Assembly (NCBI GenBank): GCA_945881775.1
Contig: CAMCVE010000001.1
Location: 63,836-127,835 of the forward strand
DNA: 64,000 nucleotides
Source: Bacteriovorax stolpii
Lineage (GTDB): Bacteria > Bdellovibrionota > UBA2428
Direction of reading: 5' to 3'
In this document: piece after piece, positions 55,407-64,000 of the stretch
How positions within the stretch are numbered: the first letter of the stretch is position 1
Layout of the letters: every line of letters starts with the position of its first letter
Made by a program: the position numbers and the translations under genes
Notes under the pieces: model-generated
Seen by the model: only the letters and a program-made list of their open reading frames with translations
Database searches by the model: none
What the model was told of the DNA's origin: nothing

Positions 55407-57776
55407 TTACTTTTTGATAAGTCCCGCAAGCTTTGCGAAGGGGTTATTGGCAAAATCATCGCTTTGACGGGATTTGCTGCCTGGTCCTTGTGAACGCGCG
55501 GCGCTTGGAGCGCTCGAGCGCTCCATCGGAGCCTGTCGTGGCGCAGAAGCTCCGGTTTTCATCGTCAGCGCAATTTGATTTTTGCTCAGGTCCACCGAGA
55601 GAACTTTTACGGTGACACGACTCCCGGGCTGCACAACATCCTTCGGGTCCTTCACAAAGGTGTCCGAGAGTTGAGAAATGTGCACGAGCCCGTCCTGATG
55701 AACGCCGATATCAACAAAGGCTCCAAAGTTCGTGACGTTCGTGACGATTCCAGGACAAACCATATCGGGCTTGATATCGGCCAGTTCCATAATATCGTCG
55801 CGAAACTCAACGGCATCGAAAGACTCCCGGGGATCGCGTCCAGGCTTTTCGAGCTCTAGCACAATGTCCTGGAACGAAAACTCTCCCACCTCTTCCTTAA
55901 ATTGTTTGGCCACGGCCTTGAGCTTTGTAACACCCGAAACTCCGACAAGATCACTGAGCCCCACACCGAGCTGTGTGGCATATTTTTCGAGCACCGAGTA
56001 GCGCTCCGGATGCACGCCCGTGTTGTCGAGTGGGTTCGTGGAGATCGGCACCCGCAAAAAGCCCGCCGCCTGTTCGAAAATTTTGTCACTGAGCCTGGGA
56101 ACACTGAGCAAGTCTTTGCGGGACTTAAAGAGACCCTTGTCTTCGCGGAATTTGACGATTCCCTTGGCAAGCGCGGGACCGATGCCCGAAACACGCGCAA
56201 GAAGATATTCAGAGGCCGTGTTGAGATTGACGCCGACCTGGTTCACGCAAGAATCCACGACAGCTTCGATCGACTTCTTTAGTGCAGGCTGAGAAACATC
56301 ATGCTGATACTGACCCACGCCGATGGACTTAGGGTCGATCTTAACGAGTTCGGCGAGAGGATCTTGTAAACGGCGGCCGATAGAAATGGCACCACGAACC
56401 GTGACGTCGAGATCAGGAAACTCTTTTCGAGCAACTTCAGAAGCACTGTAGATACTCGCTCCCGATTCGTTGACCATCACGACTTGGACTTTCGAAAATT
56501 CAGAACCTTTCAGCGCCTGACGCACAAATATTTCGGTCTCGCGCCCTGCAGTCCCGTTGCCCACTGCAATGACAGCCGCGTTGAATTTTTTGATGAGCGA
56601 GAGAAGGATCACCAATGACTGCGCCTTCTGTGTCTCGTTTTGAAGGAACATCACGCCGTGATCTTTGAATCCACCAGTTGCGTCGACAATCGCGACCTTC
56701 ACGCCGGTGCGAATTCCTGGGTCCAGAGCGATAACTGTCTTGGAGCCAAGCGGCGGCGACATGAGAACCTGGCGCACGTTGTTCGAAAAGACCTTGATCG
56801 CCTCGGCGTCAGAGGAGTCTTTGAGGTTCTTGTGGATCTCGTTGGAAAGGCTCGTGAGAATGTAGCCACGATAAGCCAGGCGCACGACTTTTTGGAGAAG
56901 GGTGGTCTCAAGAGCCGACGTCTTAGGAGCCACGCGACTTTGAATGTGTTCGAGGATCTTGGCGTCCAGCGCCTCCTCAGTACCTGGCGCGCCGGCTAGA
57001 CTGAGGCTGAGCTCCTCTTCCATCCAACCCCGGCGCATGGCCAAGTAGCGGTGAGAGGCTTCGGTTCGCATCAAACTCTGCAAAGGTTCAGAATATTCGA
57101 AGTACTTGTCGAACTTGCTAGGTGTCTTAGCTTTAGCGCCCTTAGCGCTTTTGAGATAAGCGCCCTTCCAGAGAGCGTCACGGCAGTAGGAACGAAGTTC
57201 GAGATCTTCCGATATTTTCTCGATCAAAATATCGCTCACGCCCTGGATGACCGCCGCCACGTCGGGAAGTTTCTTTGCGGCATCCACGAACGAGGACGCA
57301 CGAACTTCGAGAGTGCCCGCAGGTGCTGGGGCCTCGCCTTTCCAAGCGTTCCAGACTTCGAGAGCCAAGGGCTCGAGTCCCGCTTCCTTGGCGATCATCG
57401 CTTTCGTCTTGCGCTTGAGCTTGAAGGGCAAATAAATTTCCTCAAGCAGATCCAGATCGAAGCAGGACATGATGCGCTTCTGGAGCTCTTCTGTGAGCTT
57501 TTCTTGCTTCTCGATTTCCTTGCAGATGTGATCCTGCCTTTTGAGGACTTCTTTCCAGAGATCCACAGAGTCGATCACGGCTTGGATCTGGACCTCATCA
57601 AGATTGCCGGTTTGCTCTTTGCGGTAGCGCGCCATGAAGGGAATCGTGGCTCCCTCACTGGAAAGCGCCGAGACGACTTCGACCGAACGGGAGTTGATCC
57701 CAGGGTGCTTCTTAGTGAACCAGGCAAAAAAGAAGGGAGGCAGAGGGGTCGACTGTGAAGGCGTGCTTGTTGTCAT
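55407..57776 (-). CDS. tex: Tex-like transcription accessory protein (YqgF/RNase H-like, HhH, S1 domains)
   Basis: 789 aa. The N-terminus aligns to Tex (TIPFMARYRKEQTGNLDE) and a C-terminal S1 domain is present (GIVTNVTNFGAFVDIGVHQDGLVHISQL). Confidence 0.85.
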   Translation of the reverse strand: MTTSTPSQSTPLPPFFFAWFTKKHPGINSRSVEVVSALSSEGATIPFMARYRKEQTGNLDEVQIQAVIDSVDLWKEVLKRQDHICKEIEKQEKLTEELQKRIMSCFDLDLLEEIYLPFKLKRKTKAMIAKEAGLEPLALEVWNAWKGEAPAPAGTLEVRASSFVDAAKKLPDVAAVIQGVSDILIEKISEDLELRSYCRDALWKGAYLKSAKGAKAKTPSKFDKYFEYSEPLQSLMRTEASHRYLAMRRGWMEEELSLSLAGAPGTEEALDAKILEHIQSRVAPKTSALETTLLQKVVRLAYRGYILTSLSNEIHKNLKDSSDAEAIKVFSNNVRQVLMSPPLGSKTVIALDPGIRTGVKVAIVDATGGFKDHGVMFLQNETQKAQSLVILLSLIKKFNAAVIAVGNGTAGRETEIFVRQALKGSEFSKVQVVMVNESGASIYSASEVARKEFPDLDVTVRGAISIGRRLQDPLAELVKIDPKSIGVGQYQHDVSQPALKKSIEAVVDSCVNQVGVNLNTASEYLLARVSGIGPALAKGIVKFREDKGLFKSRKDLLSVPRLSDKIFEQAAGFLRVPISTNPLDNTGVHPERYSVLEKYATQLGVGLSDLVGVSGVTKLKAVAKQFKEEVGEFSFQDIVLELEKPGRDPRESFDAVEFRDDIMELADIKPDMVCPGIVTNVTNFGAFVDIGVHQDGLVHISQLSDTFVKDPKDVVQPGSRVTVKVLSVDLSKNQIALTMKTGASAPRQAPMERSSAPSAARSQGPGSKSRQSDDFANNPFAKLAGLIKK

Positions 57777-57881
57777 AAAGAGGGGACATCATGTTCAGGG
57801 TCGCGGCGGAAATCAAGTCGAGAAGTGGAAGCTCCGCGTTCAACGCTTGCTGACTTCGAAAAGCAGGCCTAAATTGAATCC

Positions 57882-58514
57882 ATGATCCAAGAATTCTGGA
57901 CTTTCGTGACAGATGTTGTTTTGGCGCTTGTCTCGTGGTCCTTTGCTTGGCGGCTTGCGCCTCGCAGCCGAAGCGCTGCAAGTGCCACCACAATGAGACT
58001 CTGGGTGATTGTTTTTATCGCGATTGGCCTCGCAGCAATTCAAGGCGCTCTCTATCATGGTTTTAAAGATTCTCTTCCCCCTTCCCTTTACTTCGGGTTT
58101 CGTGTCGGCACACTTTGGAGTCTGAGCCTCACGGCCTATGCCCTGGGCTTGGCTCTGCTAAGCTTTGGGGTGCCTCGTCGGCACGCACTCTACAAGACCA
58201 TCCAAGGGCTCTTGCTACTCAAGGCCATCGTGTTTCTAGTCCTCGCCGTTCTCAGAACAGAGTTTGTTCTAGGAATCATGGACTATGGGAGCTCCTTTAT
58301 TCTGGCTTTTGTGGTGCATCTCGGGAAAATCCGCCATCCCGCGTCTCGGTGGATTCTTTCAGGGGTGGCGGTGTCGATCGTCGCTGCCATCATTCAGCAA
58401 GCTAAAATTTCACCCAGTCCTGAGTTCAACTCCAACGACCTTTATCACGTCGTGCAACTGATAGGACTTTACTTGTTTTATAAAGGTGCCTGCCGCGTCT
58501 CCGACGCGGCTTGA
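57882..58514 (+). CDS. hypothetical membrane protein (about 6 TM)
   Basis: Hydrophobic helices with coding-like composition. No family recognised. Confidence 0.4.
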   Translation: MIQEFWTFVTDVVLALVSWSFAWRLAPRSRSAASATTMRLWVIVFIAIGLAAIQGALYHGFKDSLPPSLYFGFRVGTLWSLSLTAYALGLALLSFGVPRRHALYKTIQGLLLLKAIVFLVLAVLRTEFVLGIMDYGSSFILAFVVHLGKIRHPASRWILSGVAVSIVAAIIQQAKISPSPEFNSNDLYHVVQLIGLYLFYKGACRVSDAA

Positions 58515-58777
58515 GACTCTCGAACGGCCTCGACTTTTGGCAGACAAAAATGGGTAAGACCCTGCGGTAAAACTGGGGATCGTCGGGACCCCCGTTACGC
58601 CCCCGATACACCAGCACAACTAATTGAATTCTAAAGAAAAATATAGCAAAACTGACTAAACATCGATCGCTTGCTGGCAAAATTGGGAAACTCCGTCTTG
58701 GACCAAGGCTCAGAACCTCTCCGAATGGGCTCCCGTCTGGCCTCGGCCTTGCTCCATTGCACCTAGAGGTCATTTTT

Positions 58778-59830
58778 ATGCGCGACTCGAGACTGAGACT
58801 TTTTTTAGCGATCTGCAGTCTGCTCTCAAGCCAGCCGCGCGTAGCTCAAGCCGCTGCCGATCAGAAGTCTTGCAGCACTTCGCTCGTCGCCCTCACCAAA
58901 AGCAGTCTCGATGACGCCGCCCAGCCTCTTCACTCTGAGCTCTCAACGATGCACCGAGATGCCGAGACGTTGATCGCGAAGCAATCCGAGGCCTGCGGCG
59001 GTTTAGAGAATCCCGAATGCACGAAGAAAGTCATCGCCGAGGCCCTTGAGCCCTCACACACTCAGCGGCTTGCAAAATTTTTCGACGACAAAAAAGAAAT
59101 GACCTGCATCCTTTCTAGGCAACGCTCCACTCGAGACAGTTTCGTAGCCAATTCGAATATGGTCCTCAATCTCTCAGCTTCGATTGGCACCATGGCTCTT
59201 TTCCATCAAAGCGCCAAAAACCAAGCTGAGGTCACCCAGTCACAAGCCCCTAAGTTCAATTATGCGCTAGCGGCCTCGATGGTGATTTTCACCATCTACC
59301 GCAGCATCGTGCAGTGTAAGAACGAGCTGGATTCAAATGTCTCGGGTGCTCTTCCCAACGCGCGCTCAGACTTCAAACAAAAATTTCTGCGATACACTCA
59401 GCTTAATCTTATCGGCAATGGCCTTTATGTAGGTCTTATCGCCGGTCAAGATGTTTTCGAAGGCAAGAATCCCTTCGAAAAAGACAATCTCGAGAGATAC
59501 TTCCACGAGTTTGCGGTGTCTTTCGCTTGGGACACAGGCTTCAGCGTCCTGAATATCAAACTCCTCGATAAACTCTTCCTAAAATCTTTGCCCGCCGTGC
59601 GCGAAGGACTTGCACAGAAAATTCGCGAAGGGGTGATCCGCCCCGTCTTTGCGCGGGTCGGCGGCAAGCCAACAATTGTTCTGAAGGTCAACAATTTGGC
59701 CCAAATTCCCGGTTTCCTCCTCGACGCATTTATACGTGCCGCCTGGACGGCCGAGCGCACCATCGGATTCATGGAAACACGAGAGACCTACTTGGACTGG
59801 GCTATCGACGGCACCGCTCGCCCGAAGTAG
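58778..59830 (+). CDS. hypothetical secreted protein
   Basis: Signal peptide MRDSRLRLFLAICSLLSSQPRVAQA. No family recognised. Confidence 0.45.
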   Translation: MRDSRLRLFLAICSLLSSQPRVAQAAADQKSCSTSLVALTKSSLDDAAQPLHSELSTMHRDAETLIAKQSEACGGLENPECTKKVIAEALEPSHTQRLAKFFDDKKEMTCILSRQRSTRDSFVANSNMVLNLSASIGTMALFHQSAKNQAEVTQSQAPKFNYALAASMVIFTIYRSIVQCKNELDSNVSGALPNARSDFKQKFLRYTQLNLIGNGLYVGLIAGQDVFEGKNPFEKDNLERYFHEFAVSFAWDTGFSVLNIKLLDKLFLKSLPAVREGLAQKIREGVIRPVFARVGGKPTIVLKVNNLAQIPGFLLDAFIRAAWTAERTIGFMETRETYLDWAIDGTARPK

Positions 59831-59840
59831 CCTCTGGGAC

Positions 59841-61031
59841 ATGTCTAAGAAACTCCAGCGTATCCGCGATCTCCAACACTTCGGCGAAGAGGGCGGCGTT
59901 GTCCCCGTAATCGACGTGGCCTCCACATCAACTTTCCTCGATCCAGAGGACATGTCGCGCACTTTCCGCGGCGAACTCCAGGGATGTTACCTCTACAGCC
60001 GCCATTCGAACCCCACGGTCCAAATGTTCGGTCGCAAGATGGCTGCCCTCGAGGGCACCGAGGCCGCACTCGGAGTTGCGAGCGGGATGGCTGCGATCTC
60101 GTGTGCACTTGAAAAATGTGTTGAAGCGGGGGACCACATTATCTGCCACAGCGTGGTCTACGGTGGCACCTATGCGCTCCTTCAAAACCTCTTCCCGCGT
60201 CGAGGGGTTCAAGTGAGCTTCGTGAATTTCGACACTCTCGCAGATCTAGAGGCCCACGTGAAACCGAGTACGCGCGTTGTCTATATCGAAACAATGAGCA
60301 ATCCGATGCTCAACGTGGCGCCCTTCGAAACGCTTCAGCAGTTCAAAGTGAAGCATCCTAAGATCAAGATTATCGTCGACAACACCTTCGCGCCGCTTCT
60401 GGCCTCGCCCGTAGACTTTGGAGCCGATGTCATCGTGCACTCTTGCACGAAGTTCATTTCGGGCTCTTCCGATCTTATTGCCGGTGCGATCTGCTCCTCG
60501 AGCGACTTCATCGAGAGTCTCATCGATGTGAACCATGGTCCCGTCATGCTTACGGGACCCGTGATGGATCCCCGTGTGGCCCATGAGCTTTACCTGCGCC
60601 TGGACCATCTCCATATTCGGATGCGGGCGCACTCAGAGCGCGCCCTTGAACTCGCGCGAGCCCTTGAAAAGCAACACATCCACGTGATCTATCCTGGCCT
60701 CGAGTCGCACCCTCATCACGCGCGCGCAAGACGTTACTTTGGAGACGACTTCGGTTTTGGAGGCATGCTGGCTATTGAACTGGGAACTCCTGAGCGCGCT
60801 CTCAAACTCGCGCGTGCACTCCAGGACAATAAATTTGGACTCTACGCCGTCTCATTGGGCTTCTCGCGCACGCTCATCAGCTGCCCTGCCGTGAGCACTT
60901 CCAGCGAGATCCCCGAGGTAGATCAAAGGAAGATTTCTCTCACACCGGGACTCCTGCGTATCAGCGTGGGTTACACCGGTGACGCATCGATTCAGGTCGA
61001 AAGATTCCTTGAGGCCTTCCGATCTCTTTAA
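59841..61031 (+). CDS. Cys/Met-metabolism PLP-dependent enzyme (methionine gamma-lyase / cystathionine gamma-synthase family)
   Basis: PLP-lysine region (HSCTKFISGSSD) and YSRHSNPT motif. The start was chosen at the ATG at 59841. The track ORF overlaps the upstream gene. Confidence 0.8.
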   Translation: MSKKLQRIRDLQHFGEEGGVVPVIDVASTSTFLDPEDMSRTFRGELQGCYLYSRHSNPTVQMFGRKMAALEGTEAALGVASGMAAISCALEKCVEAGDHIICHSVVYGGTYALLQNLFPRRGVQVSFVNFDTLADLEAHVKPSTRVVYIETMSNPMLNVAPFETLQQFKVKHPKIKIIVDNTFAPLLASPVDFGADVIVHSCTKFISGSSDLIAGAICSSSDFIESLIDVNHGPVMLTGPVMDPRVAHELYLRLDHLHIRMRAHSERALELARALEKQHIHVIYPGLESHPHHARARRYFGDDFGFGGMLAIELGTPERALKLARALQDNKFGLYAVSLGFSRTLISCPAVSTSSEIPEVDQRKISLTPGLLRISVGYTGDASIQVERFLEAFRSL

Positions 61032-61051
61032 GGCCAGGGCACAATAGTGAG

Positions 61052-62089
61052 ATGACCAAAAAACGTATCGCGCTTCTCACGGGTGGCGGAGACGCACCCG
61101 GCCTCAATGGAATCATTGAAGCCGTCAGCCTTACCCTTCTGAAACAAAACTACGAAATCGTAGGCATTCTTGATGGCTTCGAAGGCATCTTCGCAGAAAA
61201 ATTCCTTGATGTGACAGAAGAGCGCGTCCGTAACATCCACTGTGAGGCGGGTACACTGCTTGGCACCTCAAACAAAATGGGCACCGACGGCCGCGAAGAA
61301 GAATTCCTCGCAAAGTTCGCGAAGCTCGGCGTCGAGGGCCTGATCGCTGCGGGCGGCGACGGCACTTTTGCAGGCCTTTCCAAATTCCGCGACAAAGTGC
61401 CGCTCATAGGTGTCCCCAAAACAATCGACAACGACCTCTCCGGAACGGAGATCACTTTCGGCTATGACACGGCCTGCTCCGTGGTGGCCGAAGCCGTGGA
61501 CGCTTTGCGCGCAACGGCCCATGCCCACAAGCGCGTGATTCTTGTCGAGGTGATGGGGCGCACAGCAGGTTGGATCGCGCTTGGAGGCGGCCTGGCATCC
61601 TTCTCTGACGTGATCCTGCTGCCCGAGAAGCCTTTTTCCAAACCAAAGCTCCTCGAGTTCCTCAAAGAAAAACAGAAAACTCAGCGCGGACTTGTGCTTG
61701 TTGTCTCAGAAGGAGCGCACGCGAGTGGCGAAGAGGTGCTCGTCGCCCATAGAGTCAAAGGCAGTCCGCAAGAAGAACGTTACGGCGGCATTGCTGAAAG
61801 ACTCGCACGCTGGATCGAATCCGAGATGGGCTGGGAGTCGAGACATGTTGTGCTCGGGCATTTGCAGCGCGCCCGCACACCAACAACCACGGATCGCTTC
61901 CTCACGCTCGGCATGGGTGTCACCGCTGCCAAGCTCGCCATGGCGGGCCAGTGGTATAAAGCCGTTGTCTACCGCGAAGGCCGCATCACATCAGCGCCTA
62001 TTGCCGATGTCATGGGCCCTGCAAGGCGCGTGAACCTCGACCACCGTTGGCTTGACTTCGCCTCGACGCTTGGAATCTTCACGGGTTGA
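61052..62089 (+). CDS. pfkA: 6-phosphofructokinase
   Basis: N-terminal RIALLTGGGDAPGLNG, plus GGDGT and MGR motifs typical of PFK-A family enzymes. Confidence 0.85.
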   Translation: MTKKRIALLTGGGDAPGLNGIIEAVSLTLLKQNYEIVGILDGFEGIFAEKFLDVTEERVRNIHCEAGTLLGTSNKMGTDGREEEFLAKFAKLGVEGLIAAGGDGTFAGLSKFRDKVPLIGVPKTIDNDLSGTEITFGYDTACSVVAEAVDALRATAHAHKRVILVEVMGRTAGWIALGGGLASFSDVILLPEKPFSKPKLLEFLKEKQKTQRGLVLVVSEGAHASGEEVLVAHRVKGSPQEERYGGIAERLARWIESEMGWESRHVVLGHLQRARTPTTTDRFLTLGMGVTAAKLAMAGQWYKAVVYREGRITSAPIADVMGPARRVNLDHRWLDFASTLGIFTG

Positions 62090-62099
62090 GGAGCCTTCG

Positions 62100-62396
62100 A
62101 TGCAAACTCGCGATAAAGAAATCGTCGCTCAATTTTTTATGTGCACGCACGAGCGAGAGGCTGGCGAGTCCTGCGCTGCCGCTGGCTCCCTCGACGTTTT
62201 CAAAAAACTGAAGAACCGCTCCAAAACAGGTCCCAAATGGCAAGGACGCGTATCAGTCACTAAAAGTGGGTGTCTTGGATTTTGTCACGAAGGCATCGCC
62301 GGAGTGCTTTATCCTCAGCGCAAATGGCTCACGGGCATCAGGCCCGGAGACGAGGATAACGTCTTCACTTGGATCGAAGAACAGCTCAAATCTTAG
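62100..62396 (+). CDS. thioredoxin-like [2Fe-2S] ferredoxin domain protein
   Basis: SD (GAGGAG) upstream of the ATG at 62100. Four Cys (C..C...C...C spaced as CTHEREAGESC and GCLGFC) in a 2Fe-2S_thioredx-like arrangement. Confidence 0.6.
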   Translation: MQTRDKEIVAQFFMCTHEREAGESCAAAGSLDVFKKLKNRSKTGPKWQGRVSVTKSGCLGFCHEGIAGVLYPQRKWLTGIRPGDEDNVFTWIEEQLKS

Positions 62397-63855
62397 CGTA
62401 AGATTTCATTTTCGAGAACGCCGCAAGTGCCGCATCGCGAGCTTGCTTGTGATCTACGATGGGATGTGGATAGTCTTTGCCGAGCTGCACACCCGCCGCA
62501 GAAAGCACCAAAGGAGGTGCGTCCCAGGGTTTGTGAATCCATTTATCGGGAAGGTTTTTTAATTCGGGTATCCAGCGTTTCACGTAATCGCCATCGGTAT
62601 CAAATTTTTCGCCCTGGAGCGTGGGATTGAAAACTCTAAAATACGGAGCCGCATCGGCCCCACAACCCCCAGCCCATTGCCATCCGAGGGTGTTGCTAGC
62701 GAGATCGGCATCGACAAGAGTGTCCCAGAACCATTTGGCCCCTTCGAGCCAGGAGATGCGCAAGTCCTTAACAAGAAATGAAGCCACAATCATGCGCACC
62801 CGGTTGTGCATATAACCCGTCGTCCAGAGTTCGCGAAGGCCAGCGTCTACGATGGGATACCCCGTGCGGCCTTGTTGCCAGGCACGAAGCTGTTCAGGCG
62901 ACTCTTCCCAAGGGAAATTTCGGAAAGCATCGCGCAAAGGCTGGTTGCTCGTCTGAGGGAAATGGAAGAGCAGGTGGTAGGCAAACTCCCGCCACGCGAT
63001 TTCTTTGAGGTAGGTTTTCAAACTCTCACGCACTTTGGTCTCGCGAGTCTTTGAGAGCAGCTCCTGGACTTCGTGCCATACGCGCCGCACACTGATCTCC
63101 CCGAAATGCAGGTGGGGAGACAGGCGCGAGGTTCCGGCCTGTGCAGGAATATCTCGAGCGCTTTGGTAGCTCGCAGCCGCTACGGCTACAAATTTGTCGA
63201 GCGATTCGCGCGCCCCCTCTTCGCCGGGCCGAAAATGATCAGGGAAGGACCGAGCCCACGGAAGCTCCGGCAAAAGTTTGAGCTCTGTCATGTCGCAAGA
63301 AGCCGTGAGTGGCGCCAGCCATTTTACTTTCTTGTCAGGACTCCGAGCTAAGGGCGGAGCATCAAATGACGAAACCTTGTTCCAGAACGGCGTGAAAACC
63401 TGATAGGGCTTTGATTCTCCAGTTGAAACCTCCCAGGGCTCCCAGAGGAGATGGGAATTGAAGCTTTTGACTTCCAAGCCGAGTGCAGTCAAAGACTTCT
63501 TGATCTCCTCATCGCGTTCTCGGAAGCTCAGTTCATAGCGACGATTCCAAAAAACTGCAGAAATCTGGTGGACTTCGATCAATTCGCGAAGCTCGTGGAG
63601 AGTTGACTCTGACTTGCGCACGAGAAGCTTGCCCCCTGAAGACTCTATTGAAGTGGCCAAGCTATCGAGCGAATGATGAAGCCACCACCGAGAGGCGCCT
63701 CCGGGAGCCCACTCACCCTCCTCGTGGGGAGCATGCACGTAGACTGGAAGCAACTCGTAGCCGATATCGTTCGCGAAATTCAGTGCCGGATTGTCATCGA
63801 GACGAAGATCTCCACGAAACCAAATCAAGGCGCGACGAGAGCTGCTTTTGGTCAT
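62386..63855 (-). CDS. phr: deoxyribodipyrimidine photolyase / cryptochrome family
   Basis: N-terminal LIWFRGDLRLDDNPAL and FAD-binding domain motifs (TGYPIVDAGLRELWTTGYMHNRVRMIVASFL). The start was chosen at the internal Met (MTKSSSRR...). Confidence 0.85.
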   Translation of the reverse strand: MTKSSSRRALIWFRGDLRLDDNPALNFANDIGYELLPVYVHAPHEEGEWAPGGASRWWLHHSLDSLATSIESSGGKLLVRKSESTLHELRELIEVHQISAVFWNRRYELSFRERDEEIKKSLTALGLEVKSFNSHLLWEPWEVSTGESKPYQVFTPFWNKVSSFDAPPLARSPDKKVKWLAPLTASCDMTELKLLPELPWARSFPDHFRPGEEGARESLDKFVAVAAASYQSARDIPAQAGTSRLSPHLHFGEISVRRVWHEVQELLSKTRETKVRESLKTYLKEIAWREFAYHLLFHFPQTSNQPLRDAFRNFPWEESPEQLRAWQQGRTGYPIVDAGLRELWTTGYMHNRVRMIVASFLVKDLRISWLEGAKWFWDTLVDADLASNTLGWQWAGGCGADAAPYFRVFNPTLQGEKFDTDGDYVKRWIPELKNLPDKWIHKPWDAPPLVLSAAGVQLGKDYPHPIVDHKQARDAALAAFSKMKSYAKI

Positions 63856-63930
63856 CAGCGAATCATCGAAGTCTTCGCGACTTCTTGCAAGTGGGTTTCC
63901 AAAACTCCTCAAGAGACCTAGAACAAGAAC

Positions 63931-64000
63931 GTGAAGAAAGTCTCGTCTCTACCGGTCGCTGTTCTAGGTGCAGGCGCTGCTGGCCTCGGGGCCTCGCTCG
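63931..64000 (+). CDS. N-terminal fragment of a probable FAD/NAD(P)-binding oxidoreductase (runs off window end)
   Basis: From a GTG it reads VKKVSSLPVAVLGAGAAGLGASL, a Rossmann GxGxxG dinucleotide-binding signature. Only 23 codons are visible. Confidence 0.3.
   Translation, partial: MKKVSSLPVAVLGAGAAGLGASL

Noticed and set aside
1-64000. Scan for tRNA, rRNA, CRISPR repeats, IS elements, integrases and phage genes
   Set aside because: None recognised. All long ORFs have plausible cellular functions and no terminal inverted repeats or direct-repeat arrays were seen. tRNA detection by eye is unreliable, so a tRNAscan run would be needed to be sure.

Overview
The window is a dense, high-GC (about 55-60% by eye, not computed) chromosomal segment from a Gram-negative bacterium. 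The Gram-negative call rests on Lgt, a LolA-like protein, a C-terminal-Phe beta-barrel and many periplasmic signal peptides. The lineage cannot be fixed; the gene content suits a deltaproteobacterial, Bdellovibrionota or Oligoflexia-like organism, but this is a guess. I recognised no rRNA, tRNA, CRISPR array, transposase, integrase or prophage. The window opens inside topB (topoisomerase III) and closes in the N-terminus of a probable FAD-dependent oxidoreductase. About 60 protein genes are supported. Recognisable blocks are: (i) a plus-strand ribosome and rRNA modification operon (GNAT, RsmC/RlmG-like MTase, RsuA-family pseudouridine synthase, MTase) that ends in a DUF2779/Cas4-like predicted nuclease; (ii) an eight-gene minus-strand envelope cluster at 9.7-19.3 kb: His-rich secreted protein, lipoprotein, large anchored AsmA/TamB-like protein, ABC ATPase, two FtsX permeases, LolA-like protein and an outer-membrane beta-barrel, with lgt divergent upstream; (iii) xdhABC xanthine dehydrogenase preceded by two membrane proteins and a DEAD-box helicase; (iv) two tandem DEAD-box helicases with long RG/SR-rich tails; (v) a SWIM-SNF2 helicase and an archaeal/eukaryotic-type proS; (vi) housekeeping genes (dus, tex, pfk, slyD, rluB, phr, MGL-family, TapT-like, NMO) mixed with many secreted hydrolases (EEP nuclease, M28 and P1 peptidases) and unknown secreted or membrane proteins. 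My best candidate for an undescribed system is the Lol-like ABC, LolA-like, beta-barrel and AsmA-like cluster. The DUF2779 dual-nuclease-like protein is second. Smaller RNA-level observations are a ribosome-binding-site-sequestering hairpin, a bidirectional terminator embedded in a coding 3' end, and a 12-nt coding tandem repeat. All calls come from reading the ORF translations and the DNA; I ran no searches.
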